Origin: an uncultured Micavibrio sp.
GTDB taxonomy: Bacteria > Pseudomonadota > Alphaproteobacteria > Micavibrionales > Micavibrionaceae
DNA length: 64,000 bases
Direction of reading: 5' to 3'
NCBI GenBank assembly: GCA_964350695.1
Contig: CAYGKM010000005.1
Location: 54,735-118,734, forward strand
Below are positions 56,107 to 64,000 of the stretch, one piece after another. Under the pieces are notes generated by a model. The model was not told the origin of the DNA. It ran no database searches and was given only the letters and a program-made list of their open reading frames with translations. Positions within the stretch are counted from its first letter, which is position 1. Every line of letters starts with the position of its first letter. A program made the translations under genes and the position numbers.

Positions 56107-57015
56107 ATGTCCGAGCCAGCATCCGATTCTAAATCCAGCAATAAATGGATCATCATTGTCGTCGTTCTTTTATTGATTTTAGGCGGCTCCTATTACGCTT
56201 CGATATCAAATTCAGGGTCTTCAAGCGAAGGCGAGGTGTTAACGAGCGAAGAACAAATTTCAGCAGATGAGGACGAGCTTGAGGCGATTGAAGAGGCCGT
56301 TGAAACGGACGAAGCCATTGAAGAGATGCCCGAGTATTGTGATGATGAAACGCAGAATACCAACGAGGACGGCACACTTAAAGATGAGTGTATGGCGGCG
56401 GAGTCTAACAGCGCAGACGGCGACGAGACAGGCGCATCAACCGATTCCGGTTCTTTTGACCTTATGGCGGCAAAGACAGAACGGATTTTGGGAGATCGCA
56501 ATGCGCCGATCAAAATTTCCGAGCATAGCTCCTTCACATGCGGGCATTGCGGGAACTTTCACCAAAATACGTTCAAGGAATTCAAGGCCGCGTATATTGA
56601 TACAGGCAAGGCCTATCTTGTTTTTTCCGACTTTCCGCTAAACGCCCCTGCCCTGCATGCGACAAAAGTGAGTCGCTGTGTGCAAGGGGAGCAGTATTTT
56701 GATTTCGTGCAGGAGCTTTTTGAAAAGCAGGATGCGTGGGCGCAGGAGTCTAACTATCTTAAGTTTTTGAAAGAAACAGCCAACAAATACGGCGTTGACG
56801 ACGAGACATTTAATGCGTGTTTGGGAAGTGAAGAGCTTCAAGATGCGATTTTGAAAAAGATGCAGGCCGTGTCTACACAGTTTCAGGTGCAATCAACGCC
56901 CAGCTTTGTGATTAATAATCAAAAGACGATTTCCGGGGGCGCGGCCTTCCCTGAATTTGATAAAGCTATTCAAGCGGCGGTCGCTGAAATCGAGGCAGAA
57001 AAACCCAGCGAATGA
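56107..57015 (+). CDS. Membrane-anchored DsbA-family thiol:disulfide oxidoreductase with an acidic linker
   Basis: N-terminal TM helix (WIIIVVVLLLILGG), a ~100-aa D/E/S-rich linker, then a thioredoxin fold with the CxxC site (SFTCGHCGNF). Confidence 0.8.
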   Translation: MSEPASDSKSSNKWIIIVVVLLLILGGSYYASISNSGSSSEGEVLTSEEQISADEDELEAIEEAVETDEAIEEMPEYCDDETQNTNEDGTLKDECMAAESNSADGDETGASTDSGSFDLMAAKTERILGDRNAPIKISEHSSFTCGHCGNFHQNTFKEFKAAYIDTGKAYLVFSDFPLNAPALHATKVSRCVQGEQYFDFVQELFEKQDAWAQESNYLKFLKETANKYGVDDETFNACLGSEELQDAILKKMQAVSTQFQVQSTPSFVINNQKTISGGAAFPEFDKAIQAAVAEIEAEKPSE

Positions 57016-60000
57016 TCCAATTCTCCCGACTGCGTTTAAACGGATTTAAATCCTTTGTTGAGCGAACCGAGCTTGAAATCGGTCCGGGCTTAAACGGCGT
57101 TGTCGGGCCGAATGGATGCGGGAAGTCTAATCTTGTTGAAGCTTTGCGCTGGGTGATGGGTGAAAACTCCGCCAAACGTATGCGCGGCGGCGGGATGGAA
57201 GATGTGATCTTTAACGGTACGTCTTCTCGCACGAAACGCAACATCGCGGAAGTCTCGCTTCTTCTTGATAACACTACGCGCACCGCGCCTTCGGCCTATA
57301 ACGGCAATGACGAGATTGAAGTTGTTCGTAAGATTGAGCGCGATCGCGGGTCGCAATATCGCATCAATGGCAAAGTTCTTCGGGCGCGCGATGTGCAGAT
57401 GCTGTTTGCCGATACGGTTACGGGGTCTAACTCCCCTGCGCTTGTATCGCAAGGTCGGGTGACGCAGATGATTAATGCGAAGCCGCATGAGCGTCGTTTG
57501 ATTTTGGAAGATTCCGCAGGGATTTCCGGGTTGTTTGCGCGGCGACATGAAGCGGAATTGCGTCTTAAGGCGGCCGATGCAAACTTGCTTCGGATCGAGG
57601 ACATTTTGGGGTCTATGGAAGGGCGTTTGAGTGCGCTTAAGCGTCAGGCCCGCCAAGCCACGAGATACCGCAATGTTTCCACACAAATTCGCCAGATGGA
57701 AATCCTGATTGCTTATATGGAATGGCAGGCGTTGGAAGAGCGCATGGATGTGACGCGCGGCAAGTTTGATGTGGCCGAGAGCGCCGTTGCGGAGCATTTG
57801 GCAACAGTGACTCAGCTCACCAAAACGCAGACCACGCAAGCGCATGATTTACCAACATTGCGCAAAGCGGAAGTAGAAGCGGCGGCGAGCCTGCAGACCC
57901 AGAAAGTGGCGCTGCAGCGGATTGAAGATGAAGCGAACCGTTTGGAGCAGATGACGAGCGAGACGAAAGCGCAGCTTACGCAGACCGAGACGGATTTCGA
58001 ACATGAAAGCACCAGCCTTGAAGATAACAGCGATGCGCTTGAGAAGATGGAAGCCGAGCATAGCCAAATTTTGTTTGATGAAGAGCGTGCGGATAAGCAG
58101 TTAAACGAGAAAGAAGCGCTGCGTGAGAAGCTCGAGGCGCAGGTTCTTGTGCTTGAGGAGCAGTATAATACGTTGATGCAAGGCGCAGCGGAAGCCAAAG
58201 CGCAGCAGGATTCTCTGCTGACACGGCTTGAGAGTAATCAAGAACGTTTGGAGCGGTTGCAAAGCCGTAAAGTTACAGCGGAGAGTGATTTAAAGGCGCT
58301 GAATGCGAATACGGATTCCGGTGATAAGACTTTAGAGAAAGACGCAGAAGCGCTGCAAAAGAGCCTTGAGGGGTTTTCCAAGGCGATTGAGAAGAATCAA
58401 AGCGAGCTTGAGAGCCTGGCGGAAAAGATTGATAGCGCGCGCGAAAAAGCGAATGAGCTTGACCGTAAGAAATCAGAATTTATTGCTGAAATCAGTGTAT
58501 TAGAAAGCTTTCTTCAATCAGATTCTGATGATGAGTTCACCCCTGTTTTGGGTGATGTTAAGCCGGATAGCGGTTTTGAGAAGGCTTTGTCACGGGCGTT
58601 GGGTGATTCCCTGCTGGCGTCTTTGGACGAGCATGCGTCTTCGTCTTGGCGGGATTTGAAGCGTGATGCGAAAGATTTGCCTGCGCTGCCGAGAGGTGCG
58701 GAGAGCTTGCTGCCGAAGGTGAAAGCGCCGAAAACGCTTGCGCCTGCGTTGTCGCAGATTGGGTATGTTGCGGATGATGCGGCCGGTGAGAAGCTCTGGA
58801 GCGCGCTTGGGCCCGGGCAATCGCTTGTGTCATTGGATGGGACATATTGGCGCTGGGATGGGTTTACGATCAAGGCTGCGGCGGCGGACCGCAATGCACA
58901 GCATTTAGAGCAGAAGAACAAGCTGGAGGCGTTGATCAAGAAGCGCCCTGCCCTTGAGAAAGAGGCAGATACAGCGCAGCAGGCTTTGCAGGCGTTGGTT
59001 GCGAAGCGTGAAGCGGTGGATGACGCGCAAAAAGAAGCGCGCGCCCAGAAGGCCGAGGTAGAGCGCACACTTAATGAAAGCCGCGCTGCGCTTTCTGCTC
59101 TTCGTGAGAAAGCCGCCGCGCTTGCCAGTGAGCAACGCCGCTTAGAAGAAACGATTGCCTTGGCGGCGGATGATATTGCCGAAATGCTGAAAGCGATTAA
59201 AGACGATAAGACACGTTTGAGTGCCTATGAAGTCGAGAAAGATGACACGTCCGAGCAGGAGCTTGAGGCTGTAAAGGCGAGTTTGCAAGAGGCGCGGCAG
59301 GAGTTTGGCGAAGCGGTGCGTAGCTATGACATTACGCAGCAGCAGCAGAATACGCGCAAGGCACGTTTACAGGCGATTGCGGATGAGCGCGTGAACCTGA
59401 AGAACCGCGTTATTCGCGCACGCGAGCGCATGAAAGAGCTTGAGGAGCGTAAGACTTCGCTAAGCGAAAAGCTTGAGGAATTAAAGGCGCGCCCGAAAGA
59501 CCATGAAGGCGATAAAGCGGCGCTGCTTGATAAGATTTCACAGTTAGAGACAACGCGCAGTGCGGCGGCGGAGAGTTTGGCCAAGTGTGAGACAGATGTA
59601 TTCGAGACGGGACAAGCGCTTAAGGAAGCAGAGAATGCGTTGGGTGAGGTTCGGGAGAGCCGCGCACACGCACAAGCGACTTTGGCGGCGATTCAGGAGC
59701 AGCGCGATGGATTGAATGCTTCTATTATCGAGAAGTTCGAGATGGAGCCGCATTCGCTGAAAGAGCATTCCGCGATTGATATGGATAGAGAACTTGGTGA
59801 TTTGGACAGCCTGAAGGGTAAGAAAGAGAAGCTGCACCGTGAGCGCGAGGCCATTGGCGCGGTGAATTTGCGGGCCGAAGAGGAAGCGGCGGAGCTTGAG
59901 GGCGAAGTCGGCGGGTTGCTGCATGAGCGCAATGATCTGGTGCAGGCGATTGAAGAGCTGCGCGCAGGGATTCAGAAGATCAATAAAGAAGCTCGGGATC

Positions 60001-60482
60001 GTTTGGTTGCGGCATTTGAGCATGTGAATGCGCATTTCCAACGTTTGTTCCTGCGGCTATTCGGGGGTGGGCAAGCGCATTTGGCGCTTATTGATTCGGA
60101 TGATCCGCTTGATTCGGGGCTGGAGATATTCGCGCAGCCTCCGGGTAAGACTTTGCAGTCGCTTTCTCTTCTTTCGGGCGGCGAGCAGACTATGGCTTCT
60201 ATCGCCCTGATTTTTGCGATGTTCCTGACCAATCCCTCGCCGATTTGTGTTTTGGACGAGATTGATGCGCCGCTTGATGATGCCAATGTGGACCGCGTTT
60301 GTGATTTGCTTGAAGAAATTGCCGAGCGCGGAGAAACACGCTTCCTTGTGATTACACACCACCGTTTGACGATGGCGCGGATGGATCGCCTTTATGGCGT
60401 GACCATGGCGGAACGTGGAGTATCGCAGCTGGTTTCCGTTGATTTACAGCAAAGCTTTGATTTTCTGGAAGAAGCGGCGTAA
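57012..60482 (+). CDS. smc: Chromosome partition protein Smc
   Basis: N-terminal Walker A GPNGCGKSN, long coiled coils flanking a hinge, and C-terminal LSGGEQTMASIAL signature with Walker B VLDEIDAPLDD. 1156 aa. Confidence 0.95.
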   Translation: MIQFSRLRLNGFKSFVERTELEIGPGLNGVVGPNGCGKSNLVEALRWVMGENSAKRMRGGGMEDVIFNGTSSRTKRNIAEVSLLLDNTTRTAPSAYNGNDEIEVVRKIERDRGSQYRINGKVLRARDVQMLFADTVTGSNSPALVSQGRVTQMINAKPHERRLILEDSAGISGLFARRHEAELRLKAADANLLRIEDILGSMEGRLSALKRQARQATRYRNVSTQIRQMEILIAYMEWQALEERMDVTRGKFDVAESAVAEHLATVTQLTKTQTTQAHDLPTLRKAEVEAAASLQTQKVALQRIEDEANRLEQMTSETKAQLTQTETDFEHESTSLEDNSDALEKMEAEHSQILFDEERADKQLNEKEALREKLEAQVLVLEEQYNTLMQGAAEAKAQQDSLLTRLESNQERLERLQSRKVTAESDLKALNANTDSGDKTLEKDAEALQKSLEGFSKAIEKNQSELESLAEKIDSAREKANELDRKKSEFIAEISVLESFLQSDSDDEFTPVLGDVKPDSGFEKALSRALGDSLLASLDEHASSSWRDLKRDAKDLPALPRGAESLLPKVKAPKTLAPALSQIGYVADDAAGEKLWSALGPGQSLVSLDGTYWRWDGFTIKAAAADRNAQHLEQKNKLEALIKKRPALEKEADTAQQALQALVAKREAVDDAQKEARAQKAEVERTLNESRAALSALREKAAALASEQRRLEETIALAADDIAEMLKAIKDDKTRLSAYEVEKDDTSEQELEAVKASLQEARQEFGEAVRSYDITQQQQNTRKARLQAIADERVNLKNRVIRARERMKELEERKTSLSEKLEELKARPKDHEGDKAALLDKISQLETTRSAAAESLAKCETDVFETGQALKEAENALGEVRESRAHAQATLAAIQEQRDGLNASIIEKFEMEPHSLKEHSAIDMDRELGDLDSLKGKKEKLHREREAIGAVNLRAEEEAAELEGEVGGLLHERNDLVQAIEELRAGIQKINKEARDRLVAAFEHVNAHFQRLFLRLFGGGQAHLALIDSDDPLDSGLEIFAQPPGKTLQSLSLLSGGEQTMASIALIFAMFLTNPSPICVLDEIDAPLDDANVDRVCDLLEEIAERGETRFLVITHHRLTMARMDRLYGVTMAERGVSQLVSVDLQQSFDFLEEAA

Positions 60483-60485
60483 CAG

Positions 60486-60677
60486 ATGAATCAAGGGTAT
60501 GAATTTCTGGGCACTGTGATTGCGGCGGGTATCCTTGGTTTTATGATTGATAAATTTGCAGGGACAATGCCGTGGGGGATGGTGGCGCTGATTGTTCTCG
60601 GATTTGTGAGCGCCACGATGCGGGCACAAAAAGCAATGAATTCTCCGAAGGTTACAAAAGACGAGAAAAAAGATTAA
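60486..60677 (+). CDS. Small F0F1 ATP synthase accessory membrane protein (AtpI/AtpZ-like)
   Basis: 63 aa with two hydrophobic helices, lying immediately upstream of atpB as in alphaproteobacterial F0 operons. Confidence 0.6.
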   Translation: MNQGYEFLGTVIAAGILGFMIDKFAGTMPWGMVALIVLGFVSATMRAQKAMNSPKVTKDEKKD

Positions 60678-60771
60678 TTTTTTTACGTTTGGGCATTGCC
60701 AGCCGCGCCTAAAGACGCTATTAAACTTGCGAAATTTGACAAAATTTTGAACAGGACGAAAGAGACCTTTA

Positions 60772-61518
60772 ATGGCCAGCCCGATTAAGCAGTTTGTAAT
60801 TGAAGACCTTATTAAGTTTCCATACGAAACAGGTGAGTTGTCTTTCACCAATTCTGCTTTGTGGATGAGTTTTGGGATTGTTTTATCCGTTATGTTTTTG
60901 TCGATGGCGATGCGCCGCAAGGAGCTTGTTCCCGGACGTATGCAAATGACTGCGGAGCTTATGTATGAATTTATCGCCAAGATGGTGCGCGATAATATTG
61001 GCTCGAAAGGGCGTATATATTTCCCGTTTATTTTTACAGTTTTTATGTTTGTTCTGATGGGCAATCTTTTGGGGCTGCTCCCCTATTCTTTCACCTATAC
61101 AAGCCATTTGGCGGTGACGGGCGCGCTGGCGCTGGTTGTGTTTGCGTCGGTAATTATTTTCGGATTCCTCAATCACGGGGTTAAATTTCTGTCGCTGTTT
61201 GTACCGTCCGGTGTTCCGGCCTGGATTTTGCCGATTATTATTCCGATTGAATTGATTTCGTTTTTTGTACGCCCTCTCACTTTGTCTGTGCGTTTATTTG
61301 CCAATATGATGGCAGGGCACATCATGCTTAAAATCATTGCCGGCTTTGCTGTTGCGGCGTCCGGAATGGCGGCATGGGGCTTTATGGTGGGCTTTGCGCC
61401 AGCCTTTATCGGCACGTTGATGCTGATGTTCGAATTACTCGTAGCGCTTATTCAGGCCTATGTGTTTGCTATTTTATCGTGTGTTTATCTGAAAGACTCG
61501 GTTGATCTTCATCATTGA
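60772..61518 (+). CDS. atpB: F0F1 ATP synthase subunit a
   Basis: The conserved LSVRLFANMMAGH motif with the essential Arg, in a polytopic membrane protein. Confidence 0.95.
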   Translation: MASPIKQFVIEDLIKFPYETGELSFTNSALWMSFGIVLSVMFLSMAMRRKELVPGRMQMTAELMYEFIAKMVRDNIGSKGRIYFPFIFTVFMFVLMGNLLGLLPYSFTYTSHLAVTGALALVVFASVIIFGFLNHGVKFLSLFVPSGVPAWILPIIIPIELISFFVRPLTLSVRLFANMMAGHIMLKIIAGFAVAASGMAAWGFMVGFAPAFIGTLMLMFELLVALIQAYVFAILSCVYLKDSVDLHH

Positions 61519-61592
61519 TTGTGCGATCACTCACTCAGTTTTACATACGCTAAATGTTAATTTTAACGGTAACTAAAAGAAGGAAGTAAAAA

Positions 61593-61817
61593 ATGGAATT
61601 AGAAGCAGCAAAACTTATTGCAGGTGCTTTGACAATGCTCCCGGCGTTCGGTGCGGCGATTGGTCTTGGCCTCTACTTTAAAGCCTATGCAGAAGGCGTA
61701 TCACGCAACCCACAAGCCAAAGAGCTTATGGACAAAAACTTCTTCCTCATTTTGGCGTTCATCGAAGCCTTGGGTATTATCCCTATCGGCCTTGGCGCTG
61801 CGATGTTGTTTGGATAA
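61593..61817 (+). CDS. atpE: F0F1 ATP synthase subunit c
   Basis: A 74-aa hairpin with the loop RNP (GVSRNPQ) and the carboxylate in helix 2 (AFIEALGI). Confidence 0.95.
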   Translation: MELEAAKLIAGALTMLPAFGAAIGLGLYFKAYAEGVSRNPQAKELMDKNFFLILAFIEALGIIPIGLGAAMLFG

Positions 61818-61844
61818 GTTTTTCATTATTTTTCAAGAAAGATT

Positions 61845-62549
61845 TTGAAAAGCATGATCATGCACAGTGATAAAATCAATATGATGTTGAAAGCGTTTGC
61901 TCTTATTGCAATCGCTTTCTGCGTGATGACCCCGTCGGGCGCATTTGCCGAGCAATTGGTTATAGAGGTGCCCGGTGAGCCTATTGTGATCATGGAAAAT
62001 GAGCTTGCGGTTGAGCAAGAACATGGCATTGATGATCATCACGAAGAGGTCAAAGGCCTTCCCCAGCTTGATTTCACCACATACCCGTCACAGATTTTCT
62101 GGTTGTTTATTTTGTTTACGATCATGTATTTGATCTTTTCAAAGAAAAATCTTCCTGAAATTTCTTCCACGATTGAAAACCGCCGTGATCAAATTCAAGA
62201 TGACCTTGATAATGCGCAGCGTTTGAAGACCGAGGCAGAAGACGTGCAAGTGGCGTATGACGCCATTCTAGCGAAAGCCAGAGACGATTCATCTGCGGCT
62301 TTCAAGGCGGGCGAAGAAAAAATCAAAAAGAAGATCGAAAAGAAACTTGAGAGTTTTAACGAGCGCTCTGTTTTAGCGATGCGTGAAAAAGAAGCCGAAG
62401 TTGAAAAGGCCCAAGGCGCAGCGATCGGTGATATGCAGCATATCGCCGCGGAAGTTGCCAGCCTGGCGGCGGAAAAGATTGTGGGCGTTTCAACTGATCT
62501 GGACCATGCGAAAAGTCTTATTAAAAACCTTGATAAGAAGGCGGCATAA
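61845..62549 (+). CDS. F0F1 ATP synthase subunit b' (with an N-terminal extension)
   Basis: PQLDFTTYPSQIFWLFILFTIMYLIF membrane anchor followed by a long charged helix. Tandem with atpF, as in alphaproteobacteria. The first ~70 aa (signal-like helix plus acidic/His-rich stretch) make the true start uncertain. Confidence 0.8.
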   Translation: MKSMIMHSDKINMMLKAFALIAIAFCVMTPSGAFAEQLVIEVPGEPIVIMENELAVEQEHGIDDHHEEVKGLPQLDFTTYPSQIFWLFILFTIMYLIFSKKNLPEISSTIENRRDQIQDDLDNAQRLKTEAEDVQVAYDAILAKARDDSSAAFKAGEEKIKKKIEKKLESFNERSVLAMREKEAEVEKAQGAAIGDMQHIAAEVASLAAEKIVGVSTDLDHAKSLIKNLDKKAA

Positions 62550-62551
62550 AG

Positions 62552-63040
62552 ATGGAGTTTCTTTACGATACAAATTTTTGGTACCTTGTTTCCTTCATCG
62601 GGTTTGCCGCGATTATCTGGAAGTATGGTAAGCCTGCGCTGATATCTTATATTGATAACCGGATTGAAGAAATCCGTGAAGAAATTGCAACGGCGGAAAA
62701 CCTTCGCGTGGAAGCCCAAGGTATGCTTGCACAATATCAACGCAAACATAAAGATGCGGTGAAAGACGCGGATCACATTCTTGAGACCGCGAAGAAGCAA
62801 GCAGCGGAAATTCAAAAGCAGGCCGAAATTGATTTAGACGAGACGATTGCGCGCCGTGAAAAACAGTTGGCGGAGCGTCTGTCGCACATGGAAGAAAATG
62901 CGAAAGAAGAGATCAGACAATATGCTGCGTCTCTTGCGATTACGGCGACGAGCGAAATCATCGCAACCAAGTTTGATAAAAAAGCGAATGAAAAACTTGT
63001 AGATGCCGCTATTAGAGGTGTAAGTGATAATATTCACTAA
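62552..63040 (+). CDS. atpF: F0F1 ATP synthase subunit b
   Basis: N-terminal TM helix (FWYLVSFIGFAAIIW), then an extended charged coiled-coil. Last gene of the F0 operon. Confidence 0.9.
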   Translation: MEFLYDTNFWYLVSFIGFAAIIWKYGKPALISYIDNRIEEIREEIATAENLRVEAQGMLAQYQRKHKDAVKDADHILETAKKQAAEIQKQAEIDLDETIARREKQLAERLSHMEENAKEEIRQYAASLAITATSEIIATKFDKKANEKLVDAAIRGVSDNIH

Positions 63041-63061
63041 CCCCAACCTTTAGGATTATCT

Positions 63062-64000
63062 ATGTCCTCTGAAGCCGCTACTACCCATACCCCAATCCAG
63101 ATTGTTGACGATTTAGGGCGCGATGCGAAGCTTGCGTCTGCTGCACTTGGTAATGCCTCTACGGATGTGTTGAACGCGGTTTTGAGCAGCGTTGCCCAGA
63201 AGCTGAACGAGAATGCGGCCAGGATTATCGAAGCCAATAAAAAAGATATAAGCGCGGGAAAACAAAAAGGCCTGACGCAGGCGATGCTTGACCGCCTTGC
63301 GCTGAATGAAGACCGCATTGCCGGCATCGCGAAAGGTGTCTTGACGGTGCGCGATCTGGATGATCCTGTTGGCCGCGTGCTGTGGGAGACCACGCGTCCG
63401 AATGGTTTGGATATTAAGCGCGTGGCTGCGCCGATTGGCGTTTTAGGGATGATTTATGAATCGCGGCCCAATGTAACAATTGATGCGGCGGCACTGTGTT
63501 TGAAGTCACATAACGCGGTGATTTTGCGCGGCGGCTCCGAGAGCTTGCATAGCTCGCTTGCGCTGCATGCTATTATTCAAGAGGCTTTGCGCGAGCATGA
63601 CTTGCCGGAGGCGGCGGTGTCTATGATTCCTATTTCTGATCGTGAAGCTGTGGGCGCCCTGCTCCGCTCTTCTCATGTTGATGTTATGATCCCGCGCGGC
63701 GGCAAAGGCTTGATTGAGCGCGTGATGAACGAGGCCACCATGCCCGTGTTTTCGCATCTGGACGGGATCTGCCATATATATGTTCACCCAAGTGTTAAGC
63801 CCGAAATTGCAGTGGAGGTAACCGAGAACGCAAAACTTCGCCGTACAGGGATTTGCGGGGCGATGGAAACCTTGCTGCTTGATCAGAATCTGGATCAAGG
63901 CTTGGCGAAGAAAATTGTTTCGAACCTGATTGATAAGGGCTGCGAGGTTGTCGGTGACAAGATGGTGCAAGGGCTGGACGCACGGGTTGGCGAGGCCAGC
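63062..64000 (+). CDS. proA: Gamma-glutamyl phosphate reductase, N-terminal 313 codons (continues past the window)
   Basis: Not in the ORF track because no stop codon falls in the window. My translation from the ATG at 63062 gives MSSEAATTHTPIQIVDDLGRDAKLASAAL...ANKKDISAGKQKGLTQAMLDRL...PIGVLGMIYESRPNVTIDAAALCLKSHNAVILRGGSE, which is typical ProA. Confidence 0.9.
   Translation, partial: MSSEAATTHTPIQIVDDLGRDAKLASAALGNASTDVLNAVLSSVAQKLNENAARIIEANKKDISAGKQKGLTQAMLDRLALNEDRIAGIAKGVLTVRDLDDPVGRVLWETTRPNGLDIKRVAAPIGVLGMIYESRPNVTIDAAALCLKSHNAVILRGGSESLHSSLALHAIIQEALREHDLPEAAVSMIPISDREAVGALLRSSHVDVMIPRGGKGLIERVMNEATMPVFSHLDGICHIYVHPSVKPEIAVEVTENAKLRRTGICGAMETLLLDQNLDQGLAKKIVSNLIDKGCEVVGDKMVQGLDARVGEAS

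Noticed and set aside
57090-57845. A 251-aa minus-strand ORF, plus several other 70-185-aa ORFs inside 57.0-60.4 kb
   Set aside because: All are antisense to smc. They have Arg/Leu-rich shadow-frame composition, and smc is unambiguous across the whole span.
60444-61064. 206-aa minus-strand ORFs at 60444-61064 and 62195-62815, and the 154-aa ORF at 63506-63970
   Set aside because: They are antisense to atpI/atpB, atpF'/atpF and proA respectively, and have shadow-frame composition.

Overview
The window is a very gene-dense chromosomal segment, with most gaps under 15 bp, many ATGA/TAATG start-stop overlaps and several convergent overlaps. Gene content and order look alphaproteobacterial: hfq-hflX, metG-holB-tmk, rplU-rpmA-obg-proB, rnhB-ccrM, a DUF721 gene divergent from mutY, and an atpI-B-E-F'-F F0 operon. 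Housekeeping genes occupy about 1-12.4 kb and 43.8-64 kb. Between tRNA-Ser(UGA) at 12464-12553 and the rplU promoter at about 43.8 kb lies a roughly 31 kb surface-glycan island. The island has two convergent blocks. (i) A short plus-strand operon of two FkbM methyltransferases, a sulfotransferase-like ORF and a 475-aa GT-B-like ORF carrying the two short bacterial sialyltransferase motifs. (ii) A co-directional minus-strand array of about 25 kb. This array encodes a complete Campylobacter-type legionaminic acid pathway (legB-legC-legG-legI-legH-ptmE-ptmF-like-legF-ptmA-like). It also encodes acetamidino tailoring (PseA/WbuX-type amidotransferase plus HisH/HisF paralogues), a NodU/CmcH carbamoyltransferase, GT2 and GT4 transferases, further methyltransferases, a WbpP-like epimerase and an MsbA/PglK-like ABC half-transporter. 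The most unusual element is a second acid-sugar module (33.6-37.4 kb): an HpcH/HpaI class II pyruvate aldolase, a KdsB-type cytidylyltransferase, a 2-hydroxyacid dehydrogenase, a 6-phosphogluconolactonase-like protein and a HAD phosphatase. I cannot assign this module to a described pathway, and it is my best candidate for something undescribed. I saw no CRISPR array, transposase, integrase, prophage or recognisable defence genes. A second clear signal is a dense cluster of GANTC (CcrM) sites immediately upstream of ccrM. All functional calls come from motif and family recognition by eye on the supplied translations. No database search was run.
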